Below, one piece after another: positions 34,976 through 44,888 of a stretch of 64,000 nt of DNA. The position numbers were made by a program, and so were the translations under genes. The notes under the pieces were generated by a model. That model saw nothing but the letters and a program-made list of their open reading frames with translations, was not told where the DNA came from and made no database searches. The stretch comes from an uncultured Atopobiaceae bacterium (GTDB taxonomy: Bacteria; Actinomycetota; Coriobacteriia; Coriobacteriales; Atopobiaceae): contig CANQSI010000001.1 of assembly GCA_947626465.1 (NCBI GenBank), positions 17,253 through 81,252 on the forward strand, read 5' to 3'. The first letter of the stretch is position 1. Every line of letters begins with the position of its first letter.

Positions 34976-36054
34976 GCGCGATGGCCACGCATGAGCTTCT
35001 CGTGGACGAGTGGGGCAGCGGCGAGCGCCTCGACGTCTGGCTCTCCCAAGAGCTGGAGGGCCTCTCGAGGACGGCGGCGCAAAAGCTCATCACCTCGGGG
35101 AACGTGTTCCTCAACGGCGCTTCTTGCACGAGTAAGTCCTGCAGGATCGAGCTCGGGGATCGCCTGCTCGTGTCCGTGGACGACGCAAGGGATCGCGAGG
35201 GAGACGCCACGCTTGCGCCCACGGCGATCCCCCTCGACGTGCGCTACGAGGAGGGCGGGGTCGTCGTCCTCTCGAAGCAGGCGGGACTCGTGTGCCATCC
35301 ATCGCCTGGCCACGAGGACGACACGCTCGCGAACGCGCTCGTCGCCCGATACGGCGCGCACCATCTCGGAACGCTGCAGGGCGAGGAGCGCCCCGGCATC
35401 GTCCATAGGCTCGATCGCGATACCACGGGGCTCATGCTCGCGGCGAAGAGCGATGAGGCGCAGGGGGCGCTCCAAGACCTCATTCGCCTTCGGGAGCTCG
35501 ATCGGCGCTATGCCGTGCTCGTGCAGGGCTACGTGGCTCCGGAAACCGGCCTCATCGACGTGGGCATCGCGCGCTCGAGACGCGATCGCCAGCGCATGGT
35601 GGCCTCCGACGGCGAGCGCGCACGCGAGGCCATTACCACGTTCACCACGCTCGAGCGCTTCGATGCGGGCGCGAAGGACGACGGCTACAGCCTCCTCGAA
35701 TGCCATCTCTACACCGGTCGCACGCACCAGATTCGCGTGCACATGGCCCACGTCAACCATCCCGTGGTGGGGGATCCCGTCTACGGGCAGGGCGACGCGA
35801 GGAAGAACCTCGGCCTCGCGCGCCAGTTCCTCCACTCATGGCGCCTATCCTTCGATAATCCCGAGACGGGCGAGCGCCTTTCCTTCGCCGATGCCCTTCC
35901 CGAGGATCTCGCCCGCGTGCTCGGCTCGCTGGCCGATCGCTCGCTCGGGCGCACGGAGAAGGGGGAGCTCCTCGTACCCGCGCTCCTCGGCGACGGGGAT
36001 GCGCTCGAAGAGGTGGTGGCCCTCGGCTTGGAGGGGGAGGACGAGCGTGTTTAG
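34972..36054 (+). CDS. rluD: RluA-family 23S rRNA pseudouridine synthase (RluD-like)
   Basis: The GTG overlaps the lspA stop (GTGA). An N-terminal S4 domain is present (RLDVWLSQEL...SRTAAQKLI). The catalytic motif is HRLDRDTTGLML, and HQIRVH lies downstream. 360 aa. Confidence 0.88.
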   Translation: MSAMATHELLVDEWGSGERLDVWLSQELEGLSRTAAQKLITSGNVFLNGASCTSKSCRIELGDRLLVSVDDARDREGDATLAPTAIPLDVRYEEGGVVVLSKQAGLVCHPSPGHEDDTLANALVARYGAHHLGTLQGEERPGIVHRLDRDTTGLMLAAKSDEAQGALQDLIRLRELDRRYAVLVQGYVAPETGLIDVGIARSRRDRQRMVASDGERAREAITTFTTLERFDAGAKDDGYSLLECHLYTGRTHQIRVHMAHVNHPVVGDPVYGQGDARKNLGLARQFLHSWRLSFDNPETGERLSFADALPEDLARVLGSLADRSLGRTEKGELLVPALLGDGDALEEVVALGLEGEDERV

Positions 36055-37351
36055 CCTCTTTCGCTTCACGGAGCTGGGACTCACCCCGATCGTGGTGTTC
36101 AACCTCGCGCTCTTCGTCATCTTCACGGTGGCGTTCTTCTACCAGATCGTCTTTCTCTTCGTGGGGCTCAGGCGTGGGGTGGTGGCGCTTCCCGACGCGC
36201 GGAGCTTGCATCGCTTTGCCGTGGTGATCGCCGCGCACAACGAGGAGCTCGTGATCGGCGAGCTCATCCGCTCGATTGCCGAGCAGAACTACCCGGCGGA
36301 GCTCATCGACACGTTCGTGATCGCCGACGCCTGCACCGACGCCACCGTCGAGCGGGCGCGGGAGGCGGGCGCCACGGTCTTCGAGCGAAACGACCTCGCA
36401 CGACGGGGGAAGAGCTGGGCCCTCGACATGGGATTCCATCGAATCCTCGACGAGTACGGCGACGATTACTACGACGCGTTCCTCGTCTTCGATGCCGACA
36501 ACCTGCTCTCGAAGACCTATGTGCAGGAGATGAACAAGCTCTACGACCTCGGCTTTCTCGCCGGCACGAGCTATCGCAACTCGAAGAACTTCGATTCGTC
36601 GTGGATCAGCTCGGCCTACACCACGTGGTTCATCCGCGAGGCGCGCTTCCTCAACAACTCCCGCATGGCGCTCGGCACGAGCTGCGCCATCTCGGGATCC
36701 GGCTGGATGGTGTCGTCGCGCATCATCCGCGCCATGGACGGATGGGACTTCCACACGCTCACGGAGGACATCCAGTTCTCCACGTTCTGCGCCGCGAACA
36801 ACGTGCGCATCGGCTATGCGCCCGCGGAATTCTTCGATGAGCAGCCGGTGACGCTCAAGGCGTCCTGGATCCAGCGCATGCGCTGGACGAAGGGCTTCTA
36901 CCAGGTGTTCTTCTCCTATGGCGGCGACCTCATGAAGGGCATCAAGCGGGGGCTCTTCTCGTCCTACGACATGCTCATGACCATCGCGCCGGGGATGATC
37001 CTCACCCTCATCTCGCTCATCGTGAACGGCGCCTATCTCGCGCTCGGCTACCTCAGCCACGGCTTTCTGGCCACCGAGCCGGAGATGATGATGGCCCTCG
37101 GTTCCATCATCGCGTTCTTCACCTCCGTCTACCTCATGTTCTTCATGCTCGGGCTCATCACGGAGATCTCCGAGCGCCGCCACATCCACTGCAGGAAGCG
37201 CTGGCGCCTCATCGCGAACCTCTTCACCTTCCCGATCTTCGAGTTCACCTACGTGCCGCTCTGCGTGATCGCGCTCTTCAAGAAGGTGGAGTGGATCCCC
37301 ACGAAGCACGACCTCGCCTATACCGTGGATGACGTGATGGGCGACTCGTAG
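36047..37351 (+). CDS. Membrane-embedded family-2 glycosyltransferase of the processive synthase type (QxxRW motif)
   Basis: GTG at 36047 overlaps the rluD stop by 8 nt. There is an N-terminal TM, then a GT2 core (VVIAAHNEE, FVIADACTD, LVFDADN), QRMRW at 36872-36886, and C-terminal TMs. The listed 786-aa ORF from 34991 is out-of-frame read-through of rluD. Confidence 0.8.
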   Translation: MFSLFRFTELGLTPIVVFNLALFVIFTVAFFYQIVFLFVGLRRGVVALPDARSLHRFAVVIAAHNEELVIGELIRSIAEQNYPAELIDTFVIADACTDATVERAREAGATVFERNDLARRGKSWALDMGFHRILDEYGDDYYDAFLVFDADNLLSKTYVQEMNKLYDLGFLAGTSYRNSKNFDSSWISSAYTTWFIREARFLNNSRMALGTSCAISGSGWMVSSRIIRAMDGWDFHTLTEDIQFSTFCAANNVRIGYAPAEFFDEQPVTLKASWIQRMRWTKGFYQVFFSYGGDLMKGIKRGLFSSYDMLMTIAPGMILTLISLIVNGAYLALGYLSHGFLATEPEMMMALGSIIAFFTSVYLMFFMLGLITEISERRHIHCRKRWRLIANLFTFPIFEFTYVPLCVIALFKKVEWIPTKHDLAYTVDDVMGDS

Positions 37352-37389
37352 AGGACAATCCCATTCGCCCGTAGTTTTCGGGCGCCGCC

Positions 37390-37395
37390 TATAAT
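37390..37395 (+). promoter_or_regulatory. Candidate -10 element (perfect TATAAT) upstream of guaB
   Basis: TATAAT lies in the 126-nt gap, 83 nt before the guaB start. No convincing -35. It is preceded by the hairpin CGCCCG-tagtttt-CGGGCG (37366-37384). Confidence 0.3.
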
Positions 37396-37477
37396 CTGGG
37401 CTGGGCACGCCGAACGTCCCAATACAAGGCGGCGGGGTTCCTTCGAACCATCGCCATCGATGCGTAGAGGAGTTCCG

Positions 37478-38998
37478 TTGGCAGAATTCTTTCCCGGCAC
37501 CTCGCACACGTTCTCCGAATACCTCTTGGTGCCCGGTTATTCCTCGTCTGCGTGCATTCCCGCCAACGTGTCGCTCAAGGCCCCGCTCGTGCGCCATCGC
37601 GTGGGCGAAGAGAGTCCGATCACGCTGAACGTGCCGCTCACCTCGGCAATCATGCAATCGGTTTCCGGCCCGGAGCTCGCCATCGCCCTTGCGCGCGAGG
37701 GCGGGATCTCGTTCATCTTCGGCTCGCAGACCAAGGAGAGCGAAGCCGAGATGGTGCGCGAGGTGAAGGCCTACAAGGCGGGGGTGGTGAATTCCGATTC
37801 GAACCTCACGCCCGACATGACGCTCGCCAACGTGATGGCGCTCAAGAGGAGGACCGGCCACTCGTGCATGCCCGTCACCGACGACGGCACCGCCACCGGG
37901 CGCCTCCTGGGCATCGTGACCTCGAGGGACTGGCGTCCTTCGCGCGACGATCCCGGCAAGAGGGTGCGCGATTTCATGACGCCGCTCGATCGGCTCATCG
38001 TGGGTTCTGCAGACCTCACGCTTTCCGAGGCGAACGACATCATCTGGGACAACAAGCTCAACCAGCTGCCGCTCGTGGACGAGAACGGCTTGCTTGCGGG
38101 CCTCATCTTCCGCAAGGACTACGACATGCATAAGTCGAACCCGCTCGAGCTCCTCGATGGGTCGAAGCGCTATCTCGTGGGTGCGGGCATCAACACGCGC
38201 GATTACGAGGAGCGTGTGCCGGCGCTCGTGGATGCGGGCGCCGATGTGCTGTGCATCGATTCCTCCGAGGGCTTCTCGGAGTGGCAGGAGCGTACGCTCA
38301 CGTGGATCCGCAAGCAATACGGCCACTCGGTCTACGTGGGCGCGGGCAACGTGGTGGATGCCGAGGGCTTCCGCTTCCTCGCCGATGCCGGAGCGGACTT
38401 CGTGAAGGTGGGCATCGGCGGAGGCTCCATCTGCATCACCCGCGAGCAGAAGGGCATCGGGCGCGGCCAGGCGTCGGCGCTGATCGACGTCTGCCAGGCG
38501 CGCGATGCCTACGCGCAGGAGACCGGCATCTACATCCCCGTGTGCTCCGATGGCGGCATCGTCTACGACTACCACATGACCCTCGCGCTCGCGATGGGGG
38601 CGGACTTCCTCATGCTCGGACGCTACTTCGCGCGCTTCGACGAGAGCCCAGGACAGCGTGTGAGCGTGAACGGCACCTACATGAAGGAGTACTGGGGCGA
38701 GGGCTCGAGCCGCGCGAGGAACTGGGCGCGCTACGACCTCGGCGGTGAGGCGAAGCTCTCGTTCGAGGAGGGCGTGGACAGCTTCGTGCCCTATGCGGGT
38801 CCGCTCAAGGAGAACGTGCAGAACTCCCTTGCCAAGGTGCGCTCGACGATGTGCAACTGCGGAGCCATGACCATCCCCGAACTCAAGCAGAAGGCCAAGC
38901 TCACCCTCGTGAGTGCGACGTCCCTCGTGGAAGGCGGCGCACACGACGTGGTCCTGAAGGATGCCATCACGTCCGTGAGCGCGAACTTCCGCTCTTAG
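37478..38998 (+). CDS. guaB: IMP dehydrogenase
   Basis: TTG at 37478 with AGAGGAG 5 nt upstream, giving (M)[21 protein letters not shown]. The upstream ATG 37460 would place the RBS inside the ORF. The CBS pair region and the catalytic loop [13 protein letters not shown] are present. Confidence 0.85.
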   Translation: MAEFFPGTSHTFSEYLLVPGYSSSACIPANVSLKAPLVRHRVGEESPITLNVPLTSAIMQSVSGPELAIALAREGGISFIFGSQTKESEAEMVREVKAYKAGVVNSDSNLTPDMTLANVMALKRRTGHSCMPVTDDGTATGRLLGIVTSRDWRPSRDDPGKRVRDFMTPLDRLIVGSADLTLSEANDIIWDNKLNQLPLVDENGLLAGLIFRKDYDMHKSNPLELLDGSKRYLVGAGINTRDYEERVPALVDAGADVLCIDSSEGFSEWQERTLTWIRKQYGHSVYVGAGNVVDAEGFRFLADAGADFVKVGIGGGSICITREQKGIGRGQASALIDVCQARDAYAQETGIYIPVCSDGGIVYDYHMTLALAMGADFLMLGRYFARFDESPGQRVSVNGTYMKEYWGEGSSRARNWARYDLGGEAKLSFEEGVDSFVPYAGPLKENVQNSLAKVRSTMCNCGAMTIPELKQKAKLTLVSATSLVEGGAHDVVLKDAITSVSANFRS

Positions 38999-39022
38999 CA
39001 CCCCAATCAGATTCCATGGAGG

Positions 39023-41578
39023 TTGACGGTGGAGATCCGTACGCAGATCCCCGACTACGATGCGCATGCCATCGAGGAGAAGTGGCAGCGCGTGTGGGAG
39101 GAGACGGAGCTCTTCAAGACGGAAGAGGATCCCGAAAAACCCAAACGCTACGTGCTCGAGATGTTCCCGTACCCCTCGGGAGACCTCCACATGGGGCACG
39201 CGAGGAACTATGCCATGGGCGACGCCATGGCACGCCAGGCGCGCATGGCCGACTACGACGTGCTGCATCCCATGGGCTTCGACGCCTTTGGCCTGCCTGC
39301 GGAAAACGCCGCCATCAAGCACCACACGCAGCCCGGCACGTGGACCGAGAAGAACATGGCCACGTCGCTCGCGACGATGCGGCGCATGGGCTTCTCCTAC
39401 GACTTCGATCGCCTCGTGCGCACGTGCGATCCGTCGTATTACCGCTGGGAGCAGCTGCTTTTCCTGAAGATGTGGGAGAAGGGGCTCGCCTATCGCAAGA
39501 CCTCGCCGGTGAACTGGTGTCCTTCCTGCGCAACGGTGCTCGCCAACGAGCAGGTGGTCGACGGGGTGTGCTGGCGCTGCGGGAGCGTCCCTGAGCGCCG
39601 CGAGCTCGAGCAGTGGTACTTGAAGATCACCGATTACGCCGAGGAGCTACTAGGCGGCCTCGACGAGCTCTCCGGATGGCCGGAGCGCGTGAAGCAGATG
39701 CAGCGCAACTGGATCGGGCGCTCCGAGGGTGCGAACATCACGTTCGCGCTCGCCGATGCGCAGGGAAACCCCACGGCGCGCACCTTCACGGTCTTCACCA
39801 CGCGTCCCGACACGCTCTTCGGTGCGACGTTCTTCCTGCTCTCGCCCGAGTATCCGGGCCTCGACGAGCTCGTGGACGAGGCACATCGCGAAGGGGTCGA
39901 GAGGGTGTGCGAGGTGGCGGCGGCCACGAGCTCCTTCGAGCGCCAAGCCACCGAGCGTGAGAAGCACGGTGCCTTCACCGGGCATTACGTGGTGAATCCG
40001 GTGAACGGACGCCTCCTTCCCATATGGGTGGCCGACTACGTGCTCACCGACTACGGCACGGGCGCCGTGATGGGCGTGCCCTCGGGAGACGAGCGCGACT
40101 TCCAATTCGCGCGCAAGTACGACCTCCCCATCCCGCCCGTGGTGGTGGAGGAGGACGACCCGCTCTACGCCGAGCTCAAGGACCAAACCGAGCTCGTGGT
40201 GGAGGACGTCGACTGGGATCACGCGATGGCGGCCGAGGGACGTCTCGTGCAATCGGGGCCCTTCACCGGCATGAAGGGCGGCCATGGCTCGGAGGCGGTG
40301 TCGGCGATCATCTCGTGGCTCGGCGAGCGCGGGCTCGGCGAGGCCAAGGTGGAATGGCGGCTTCGCGACTGGCTCATCTCGCGCCAGCGCTATTGGGGCA
40401 CCCCCATCCCCGCCGTGCACTGCCCGCACTGCGGCATCGTGCCCGTGCCGGAGGAAGACCTGCCCATCGTGCTTCCCGCGACGCTCGACCTCGCCGCAGG
40501 CGAGACGCTCGCGGAGTGCCCGGAGTTCTTTGAGACCACCTGCCCCGTGTGCGGGGCGCCTGCGCGCCGCGAAACCGACACGATGGACACCTTCTGCGAT
40601 TCCAGCTGGTACTACCTGCGCTATTGCGATCCCCATAACGACGAGGCGCCGTTCTCGCGCGAGGCGGTGGCCAGGTGGATGCCCGTCGACAACTACATCG
40701 GCGGCATCGAGCACGCGATCCTCCACCTGCTCTACTCGCGCTTCTGGACGCGCGTGTTGCGCGACTTTGGCATGCTCGATTTCTCCGAGCCCTTCACGAA
40801 CCTGCTTTGCCAGGGCATGGTGAAGGACGAGGAGGGTCGCGTGATGAGCAAGTCGCTCGGAAACGTCGTACCGCCCGCTTCGGTGATCGAGCCCTATGGC
40901 GCCGACACGATGCGCATGGCGGTGCTCTTCGTGGCGCCTCCCGTGAAGGACTTCGACTGGGATCCCAAGGCCGTGGCCGGCTGCAATCGCTTCATCAAGC
41001 GCGCGTGGCGCCTCGTCTTCGAGCTTGCGGGAAGCGGCTGGCCCGAAGGTGGCGTCGCCATTGATCCATCGGAGCTCTCCGGCCCGGAGGCAAAGCTCAA
41101 CCACGAGCTGCATAGCCTCGGACTGCGCTGCACGCGCGACTTCGCACGCGCGCAGTACAACACGGCCATCTCGGCCATCATGGAGCTCGCGAACGCGGCC
41201 ACGTCCTATCTCTCGAGCGTCCCGAGCGAGGCGCGCAACACCTCGCTCATGGCGCTGGTCGCCCGCGACCTCGTGGCCATGCTCGCGCCAATCTGCCCCT
41301 TCGTGGCGGAGGAGCTCTACCACGCGGCGCTCGGCTTCGCCACCTCGGTCTACGACGAGCCCTGGCCCACGTTCGACGAGGCGCAGGCGGCTACGAGCGA
41401 GGTGGAGATCGCCGTGCAGATCAAGGGCAAGGTGCGCGCGAGGATCACCGTCCCCGCCGACATCGCGACAGACGATCTCGAGGCCCGCGCAATCGAGGCG
41501 GTGGCCGAGCGGATCGGCGACGCGCCGATCCGCAAGGTCATCACGGTTCCGGGAAGGCTCGTGAACATCGTCTGCTGA
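39023..41578 (+). CDS. leuS: Leucine--tRNA ligase
   Basis: 851 aa, TTG start after GGAGG. Motifs are [16 protein letters not shown] (HIGH) and VMSKSLGN (KMSKS), plus the CP1 editing domain and the zinc motif CPSC...CWRC. Confidence 0.95.
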   Translation: MTVEIRTQIPDYDAHAIEEKWQRVWEETELFKTEEDPEKPKRYVLEMFPYPSGDLHMGHARNYAMGDAMARQARMADYDVLHPMGFDAFGLPAENAAIKHHTQPGTWTEKNMATSLATMRRMGFSYDFDRLVRTCDPSYYRWEQLLFLKMWEKGLAYRKTSPVNWCPSCATVLANEQVVDGVCWRCGSVPERRELEQWYLKITDYAEELLGGLDELSGWPERVKQMQRNWIGRSEGANITFALADAQGNPTARTFTVFTTRPDTLFGATFFLLSPEYPGLDELVDEAHREGVERVCEVAAATSSFERQATEREKHGAFTGHYVVNPVNGRLLPIWVADYVLTDYGTGAVMGVPSGDERDFQFARKYDLPIPPVVVEEDDPLYAELKDQTELVVEDVDWDHAMAAEGRLVQSGPFTGMKGGHGSEAVSAIISWLGERGLGEAKVEWRLRDWLISRQRYWGTPIPAVHCPHCGIVPVPEEDLPIVLPATLDLAAGETLAECPEFFETTCPVCGAPARRETDTMDTFCDSSWYYLRYCDPHNDEAPFSREAVARWMPVDNYIGGIEHAILHLLYSRFWTRVLRDFGMLDFSEPFTNLLCQGMVKDEEGRVMSKSLGNVVPPASVIEPYGADTMRMAVLFVAPPVKDFDWDPKAVAGCNRFIKRAWRLVFELAGSGWPEGGVAIDPSELSGPEAKLNHELHSLGLRCTRDFARAQYNTAISAIMELANAATSYLSSVPSEARNTSLMALVARDLVAMLAPICPFVAEELYHAALGFATSVYDEPWPTFDEAQAATSEVEIAVQIKGKVRARITVPADIATDDLEARAIEAVAERIGDAPIRKVITVPGRLVNIVC

Positions 41579-41646
41579 CGCCCCGGACCGTTCGATCTCG
41601 TGCGCCCTTCGCGAGGATTCCCGCAGGTGCGTGCTTAGGAGGATGC

Positions 41647-42924
41647 GTGGACTGTCCCAAGTGCGGGAGATATCTGGGCGAGGGAATGCTCCCCGCCCGA
41701 TGCCCTCACTGCGGGGCGAACCTCTCGAATCCCACGGATTCCATTCGCGGGAGCAAAGCCGCGGCATCCCGGAAGAACGTCGAGGGCCTCACGGGCATCG
41801 GCAAGGGCAACACCCAGAACAAGAGGCGCCGCTACTTCCAGGTGTGCGTGGGCATCATCCTCGTGGTGGCCTTTGGCGCGCTCCTCTACTACGCCACGAG
41901 CGGCTTCGGCACCGAGGGCGAGCTCAGCGTGCCCGATCTCGTGGGATGGAATAGGGATCGCGCCGAGGAGGAGCTTGCGTCGCTCGGCTATACCGCAGTC
42001 GTGGAAGACGTGCTCTCGGAAGATGGCTCCTCGGGCCTCGTGGTCTCCCAGGAGCCCGAGCCGGGTACGCCGCGGCCGAAGTTCTCCGAGGTCATACTCC
42101 GCGTCTCGACTTCGATCGCCATGCCCGACATCGTGGGAAGGCCATGGCCCGAGGTGCAGGCGGAGCTCGATTCGCAAGGAATCGCCTACGAGGCCACCGA
42201 ACAGCTCTCGAGCGAGGCCGAGGGCACCGTCCTCTCCTCGAGCATCACGAGCGGCACGGCCATCGGAAGGGACGATGTGGTGGACATCATCGTCGCAAAG
42301 CGCCCGATCGTGCCGGATCTCTCCGGCCTCACCCCCGATGAGGCCTCCTCCAAGCTCACGGTGCTCCTGCTCAAGCTCGAAACGCAGGATGTGCTCCTCG
42401 AGGGAGACCAGAAGGCCGGCACGATCGTGGGGCAGGAGCCCGCCGCGGAGAGCGCCGTCGCGGCGGGAACGACGGTGGTGGGGAAGGTGGCTTGCACGCC
42501 AGACGAGTTCTACACCAACGCCGCCATGGCAGCCTTGAATGCGGTCTACAACACGAGCCCTGCCGACGACGGCATCGGAGCCGCACTCCTCCCACTCCTC
42601 TCGAGCGAGAGCGAGTTCGCAGGGCAAAGCGCGCACGACGTGTGGTGGAACCTCGTGAAGCGCGGCGGACGCTACGCGGATCAGCCAGCGGAGCTCCAGA
42701 GCCTCCCGCGCTCGATCGTCGATGCGAAGCTTTCCATCGACCCCGAGAAGCGTGAGGTGAGCGCTACCGTGACGGTCGATTGGGACTGGACCGGCCTTCC
42801 CGGCGCCGGCGCGAAGAGTTCGCAGGATACGCGCACCGTCACGCTCACCTTCGACAAGGAGGGGAAGCTCCTCGGCTTCTACGATGAGCAAACCGATGTG
42901 CCCTTCTTCAAGGTGAACGAGTAG
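41647..42924 (+). CDS. Zinc-ribbon / single-TM / triple-PASTA domain protein with an uncharacterised C-terminal domain (no kinase or PBP module)
   Basis: GTG start after AGGAGG. The zinc ribbon is CPKCG...CPHCG at aa 3-22, and the TM lies at aa 65-83. Three PASTA-like repeats cover aa 94-282 (VPDLVGW..., MPDIVGR..., VPDLSGL...). A 140-aa unknown domain follows. Confidence 0.8.
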   Translation: MDCPKCGRYLGEGMLPARCPHCGANLSNPTDSIRGSKAAASRKNVEGLTGIGKGNTQNKRRRYFQVCVGIILVVAFGALLYYATSGFGTEGELSVPDLVGWNRDRAEEELASLGYTAVVEDVLSEDGSSGLVVSQEPEPGTPRPKFSEVILRVSTSIAMPDIVGRPWPEVQAELDSQGIAYEATEQLSSEAEGTVLSSSITSGTAIGRDDVVDIIVAKRPIVPDLSGLTPDEASSKLTVLLLKLETQDVLLEGDQKAGTIVGQEPAAESAVAAGTTVVGKVACTPDEFYTNAAMAALNAVYNTSPADDGIGAALLPLLSSESEFAGQSAHDVWWNLVKRGGRYADQPAELQSLPRSIVDAKLSIDPEKREVSATVTVDWDWTGLPGAGAKSSQDTRTVTLTFDKEGKLLGFYDEQTDVPFFKVNE

Positions 42925-42975
42925 CGAAGGGTCCCTTCGAAGTTTGGCGAAGTTGTTTGCATGCGAGCCCCCCGC

Positions 42976-43004
42976 TTGACCCGCGAGCGGCGCAAATCCA
43001 TACT
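42976..43004 (+). promoter_or_regulatory. Candidate sigma-70-type promoter for rimP-nusA-infB
   Basis: TTGACC - 17 nt - CATACT in the 164-nt gap upstream of rimP. Confidence 0.35.
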
Positions 43005-43088
43005 TGGCGTGCCGATAAACAAGGTCTTCCGCGAGGAAGTGGAGCGAGTTCTCGCCCCGCTTCCTTTTTGTTGGAAGAGGGGAGGGAA

Positions 43089-43565
43089 ATGGCGGCGCTC
43101 GACCAAAGGACACGGCTCATCGAGGCGCTCGAGCAAGCGGCGCCTTCGAACCTCGATGTCGTGGATGTGGAGCTCGCAGGCGCGAACAAGGCCCCGCTCC
43201 TTCGCGTCTACCTCGACCACGCCGATCCCGAGGACGGGCCCATCGACCTTGGCGAACTCGCCCGGGCGAATTCCTGGGTGGACGCTGCGATCGAGGAGAC
43301 GTCGCTTCTCACGGGTCCCTATACGCTCGAGGTGAGCTCTCCCGGGCTCGCGCGGCCGCTTCGTCTCGCCCGCGACTTCGCGCGCTACGTGGGCGAACGC
43401 GCGCAGGTGAAGATGGCGGGCTTCTCGGGAAGGCGTTCCTATACCGGCGAGATCGTCTCGGTGAAGGACGGCACGCTCGTGCTCGAGGTGGATGGCGAGC
43501 GTTTCGAACTCCCCATCGAGGAGATTCAAAAGGCGCAACTCCAACCGAACTACGACGACCTCTAG
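43089..43565 (+). CDS. rimP: Ribosome maturation factor RimP
   Basis: ATG at 43089 after GAGGGGAGGG, 158 aa. LRVYLD...GPYTLEVSSPGLARPL is typical of RimP. It lies immediately upstream of nusA. Confidence 0.88.
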   Translation: MAALDQRTRLIEALEQAAPSNLDVVDVELAGANKAPLLRVYLDHADPEDGPIDLGELARANSWVDAAIEETSLLTGPYTLEVSSPGLARPLRLARDFARYVGERAQVKMAGFSGRRSYTGEIVSVKDGTLVLEVDGERFELPIEEIQKAQLQPNYDDL

Positions 43566-43620
43566 GTCGAAGGCACGATCCACATCACACGATGACGATC
43601 AAAGGAAGCGTGAGGAACCC

Positions 43621-44841
43621 ATGGCGTCAGAGATGATGGAAGCGTTGATGGCCCTTTGCCAAGAGCGGGGCATCGACCAGTACTACCTCATCGACAGGCT
43701 CGAGAAGTCGCTGGCGAAAAGCTATGCCGACATCATGAACCTCGAGTATGGGGCTGAGGTGACGATCGACAAGGCCACCGGCAACATCTACGTGTCGAAG
43801 ATGGTGCCCAAGGGCGAACCCGACCCCGAGACGGGCGAGTACACGGAGTTCGACTACGAGGACGTGACGCCCGAAGACACCTCGCGCATCGCCGCCCATA
43901 ACGCGAAAGCCGAGATCATGGCCATCGTGGACAGGGTGAAGAAGGAGCGCATCTACGAGGAGTTCTCCAATCGCATCGGCGACCTCATCTCCGGTGACGT
44001 CATCCAGTCCACGCTCGACTTCACGATCCTGCAGATTCGCAAGGGCGTCGAGGCGGAGCTTCCGCACTTCGACACCAGGCGCCATCCCGACGAGCGCAAC
44101 GAACGCCCTCGCGGCGAGCGCTACATGACGAAGGACAAGGGCCTGAAGGCCGTCATCGTGGACGTGAAGAACCCGAACGAAGGCGAGCCCACACGTCGCT
44201 CGAGACCCTCGATCATCGTGAGCCGCACGAACCCCGATTTCGTACGCAGGCTCTTCGAGCTCGAGGTTCCCGAGGTGTACGACGGCGTGGTGGAGATTCG
44301 CTCCATCGCGCGGGAGCCCGGCGTGCGCTCGAAGGTGGCGGTGGCCTCGATCGACTCGCGCCTCGACCCCGTGGGTGCCTGCGTGGGCCCGAAGGGCTCT
44401 CGCGTGCGCTCCGTCGTCTCAGAGCTCAAGGGCGAGCGCGTGGACGTGGTGCAGTGGTCCGACGATCCCGCGCGCTGCGTGGCCGAGGCGCTCTCGCCGG
44501 CGAAGGTGAACCGCGTGCTCATCGAGGAGAAGACGCGCCATGCCACGGCGATCGTGCCAAACGACCAGCTCTCGCTTGCGATCGGCAAGGATGGCCAGAA
44601 CGCGCGCCTTGCCGCGAAGCTCACGGGCTGGAAGATCGACATCAAGAACGAGGAGCTCGCGCAGGGGCTCTTCCCCAGTTCCTTTGCCGATGAAGCGGAC
44701 GACCTCCTCGACGAGGAGGGTTCCCATCGCTGCAAGTACGTGGATGAGAATGGCGTGCGCTGCCGCAACATGGCGCGCCCGGGCTCAGAGTTCTGCGGCA
44801 TCCACGAAAGCGCCCAGTCCGAGACCATGGATCTCGTCTAA
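43621..44841 (+). CDS. nusA: Transcription termination/antitermination factor NusA with an unusual Cys3-His C-terminal tail
   Basis: 406 aa with the N-terminal domain, S1 and KH1/KH2 (IDPVGACVGPKGSRV, QLSLAIGKDGQNARLAAKLTGWKIDI). The C-terminus carries an acidic linker and then CKYVDENGVRC-X10-CGIH (from nt 44731). Confidence 0.92.
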   Translation: MASEMMEALMALCQERGIDQYYLIDRLEKSLAKSYADIMNLEYGAEVTIDKATGNIYVSKMVPKGEPDPETGEYTEFDYEDVTPEDTSRIAAHNAKAEIMAIVDRVKKERIYEEFSNRIGDLISGDVIQSTLDFTILQIRKGVEAELPHFDTRRHPDERNERPRGERYMTKDKGLKAVIVDVKNPNEGEPTRRSRPSIIVSRTNPDFVRRLFELEVPEVYDGVVEIRSIAREPGVRSKVAVASIDSRLDPVGACVGPKGSRVRSVVSELKGERVDVVQWSDDPARCVAEALSPAKVNRVLIEEKTRHATAIVPNDQLSLAIGKDGQNARLAAKLTGWKIDIKNEELAQGLFPSSFADEADDLLDEEGSHRCKYVDENGVRCRNMARPGSEFCGIHESAQSETMDLV

Positions 44842-44888
44842 CTACCCGGCTCAAGGCGACGCCCTTCCTCTCGAAAGGTAACGAATAG

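Noticed and set aside
34991-36046. The N-terminal 352 codons of the listed 786-aa ORF (34991-37351). Analogous long 5' extensions occur in the ORFs starting at 2764, 5046, 11575, 17256, 25953, 48319, 49497, 50696, 56130, 61987 and 62757.
   Set aside because: These are out-of-frame read-throughs across the upstream gene. The recognisable protein family begins at an internal ATG/GTG/TTG with an RBS, usually overlapping the upstream stop codon. Those internal starts were used.
35753-39325. A 1190-aa ORF on the minus strand spanning the end of rluD, the GT2 gene, guaB and the start of leuS.
   Set aside because: It runs antisense to four well-supported genes. Its composition is the His/Arg/Gly/Glu/Leu/Ala/Val-rich pattern typical of the reverse frame of GC3-biased genes. 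It has no recognisable motifs, and stop codons are simply depleted in this frame. It is a GC-bias artefact.
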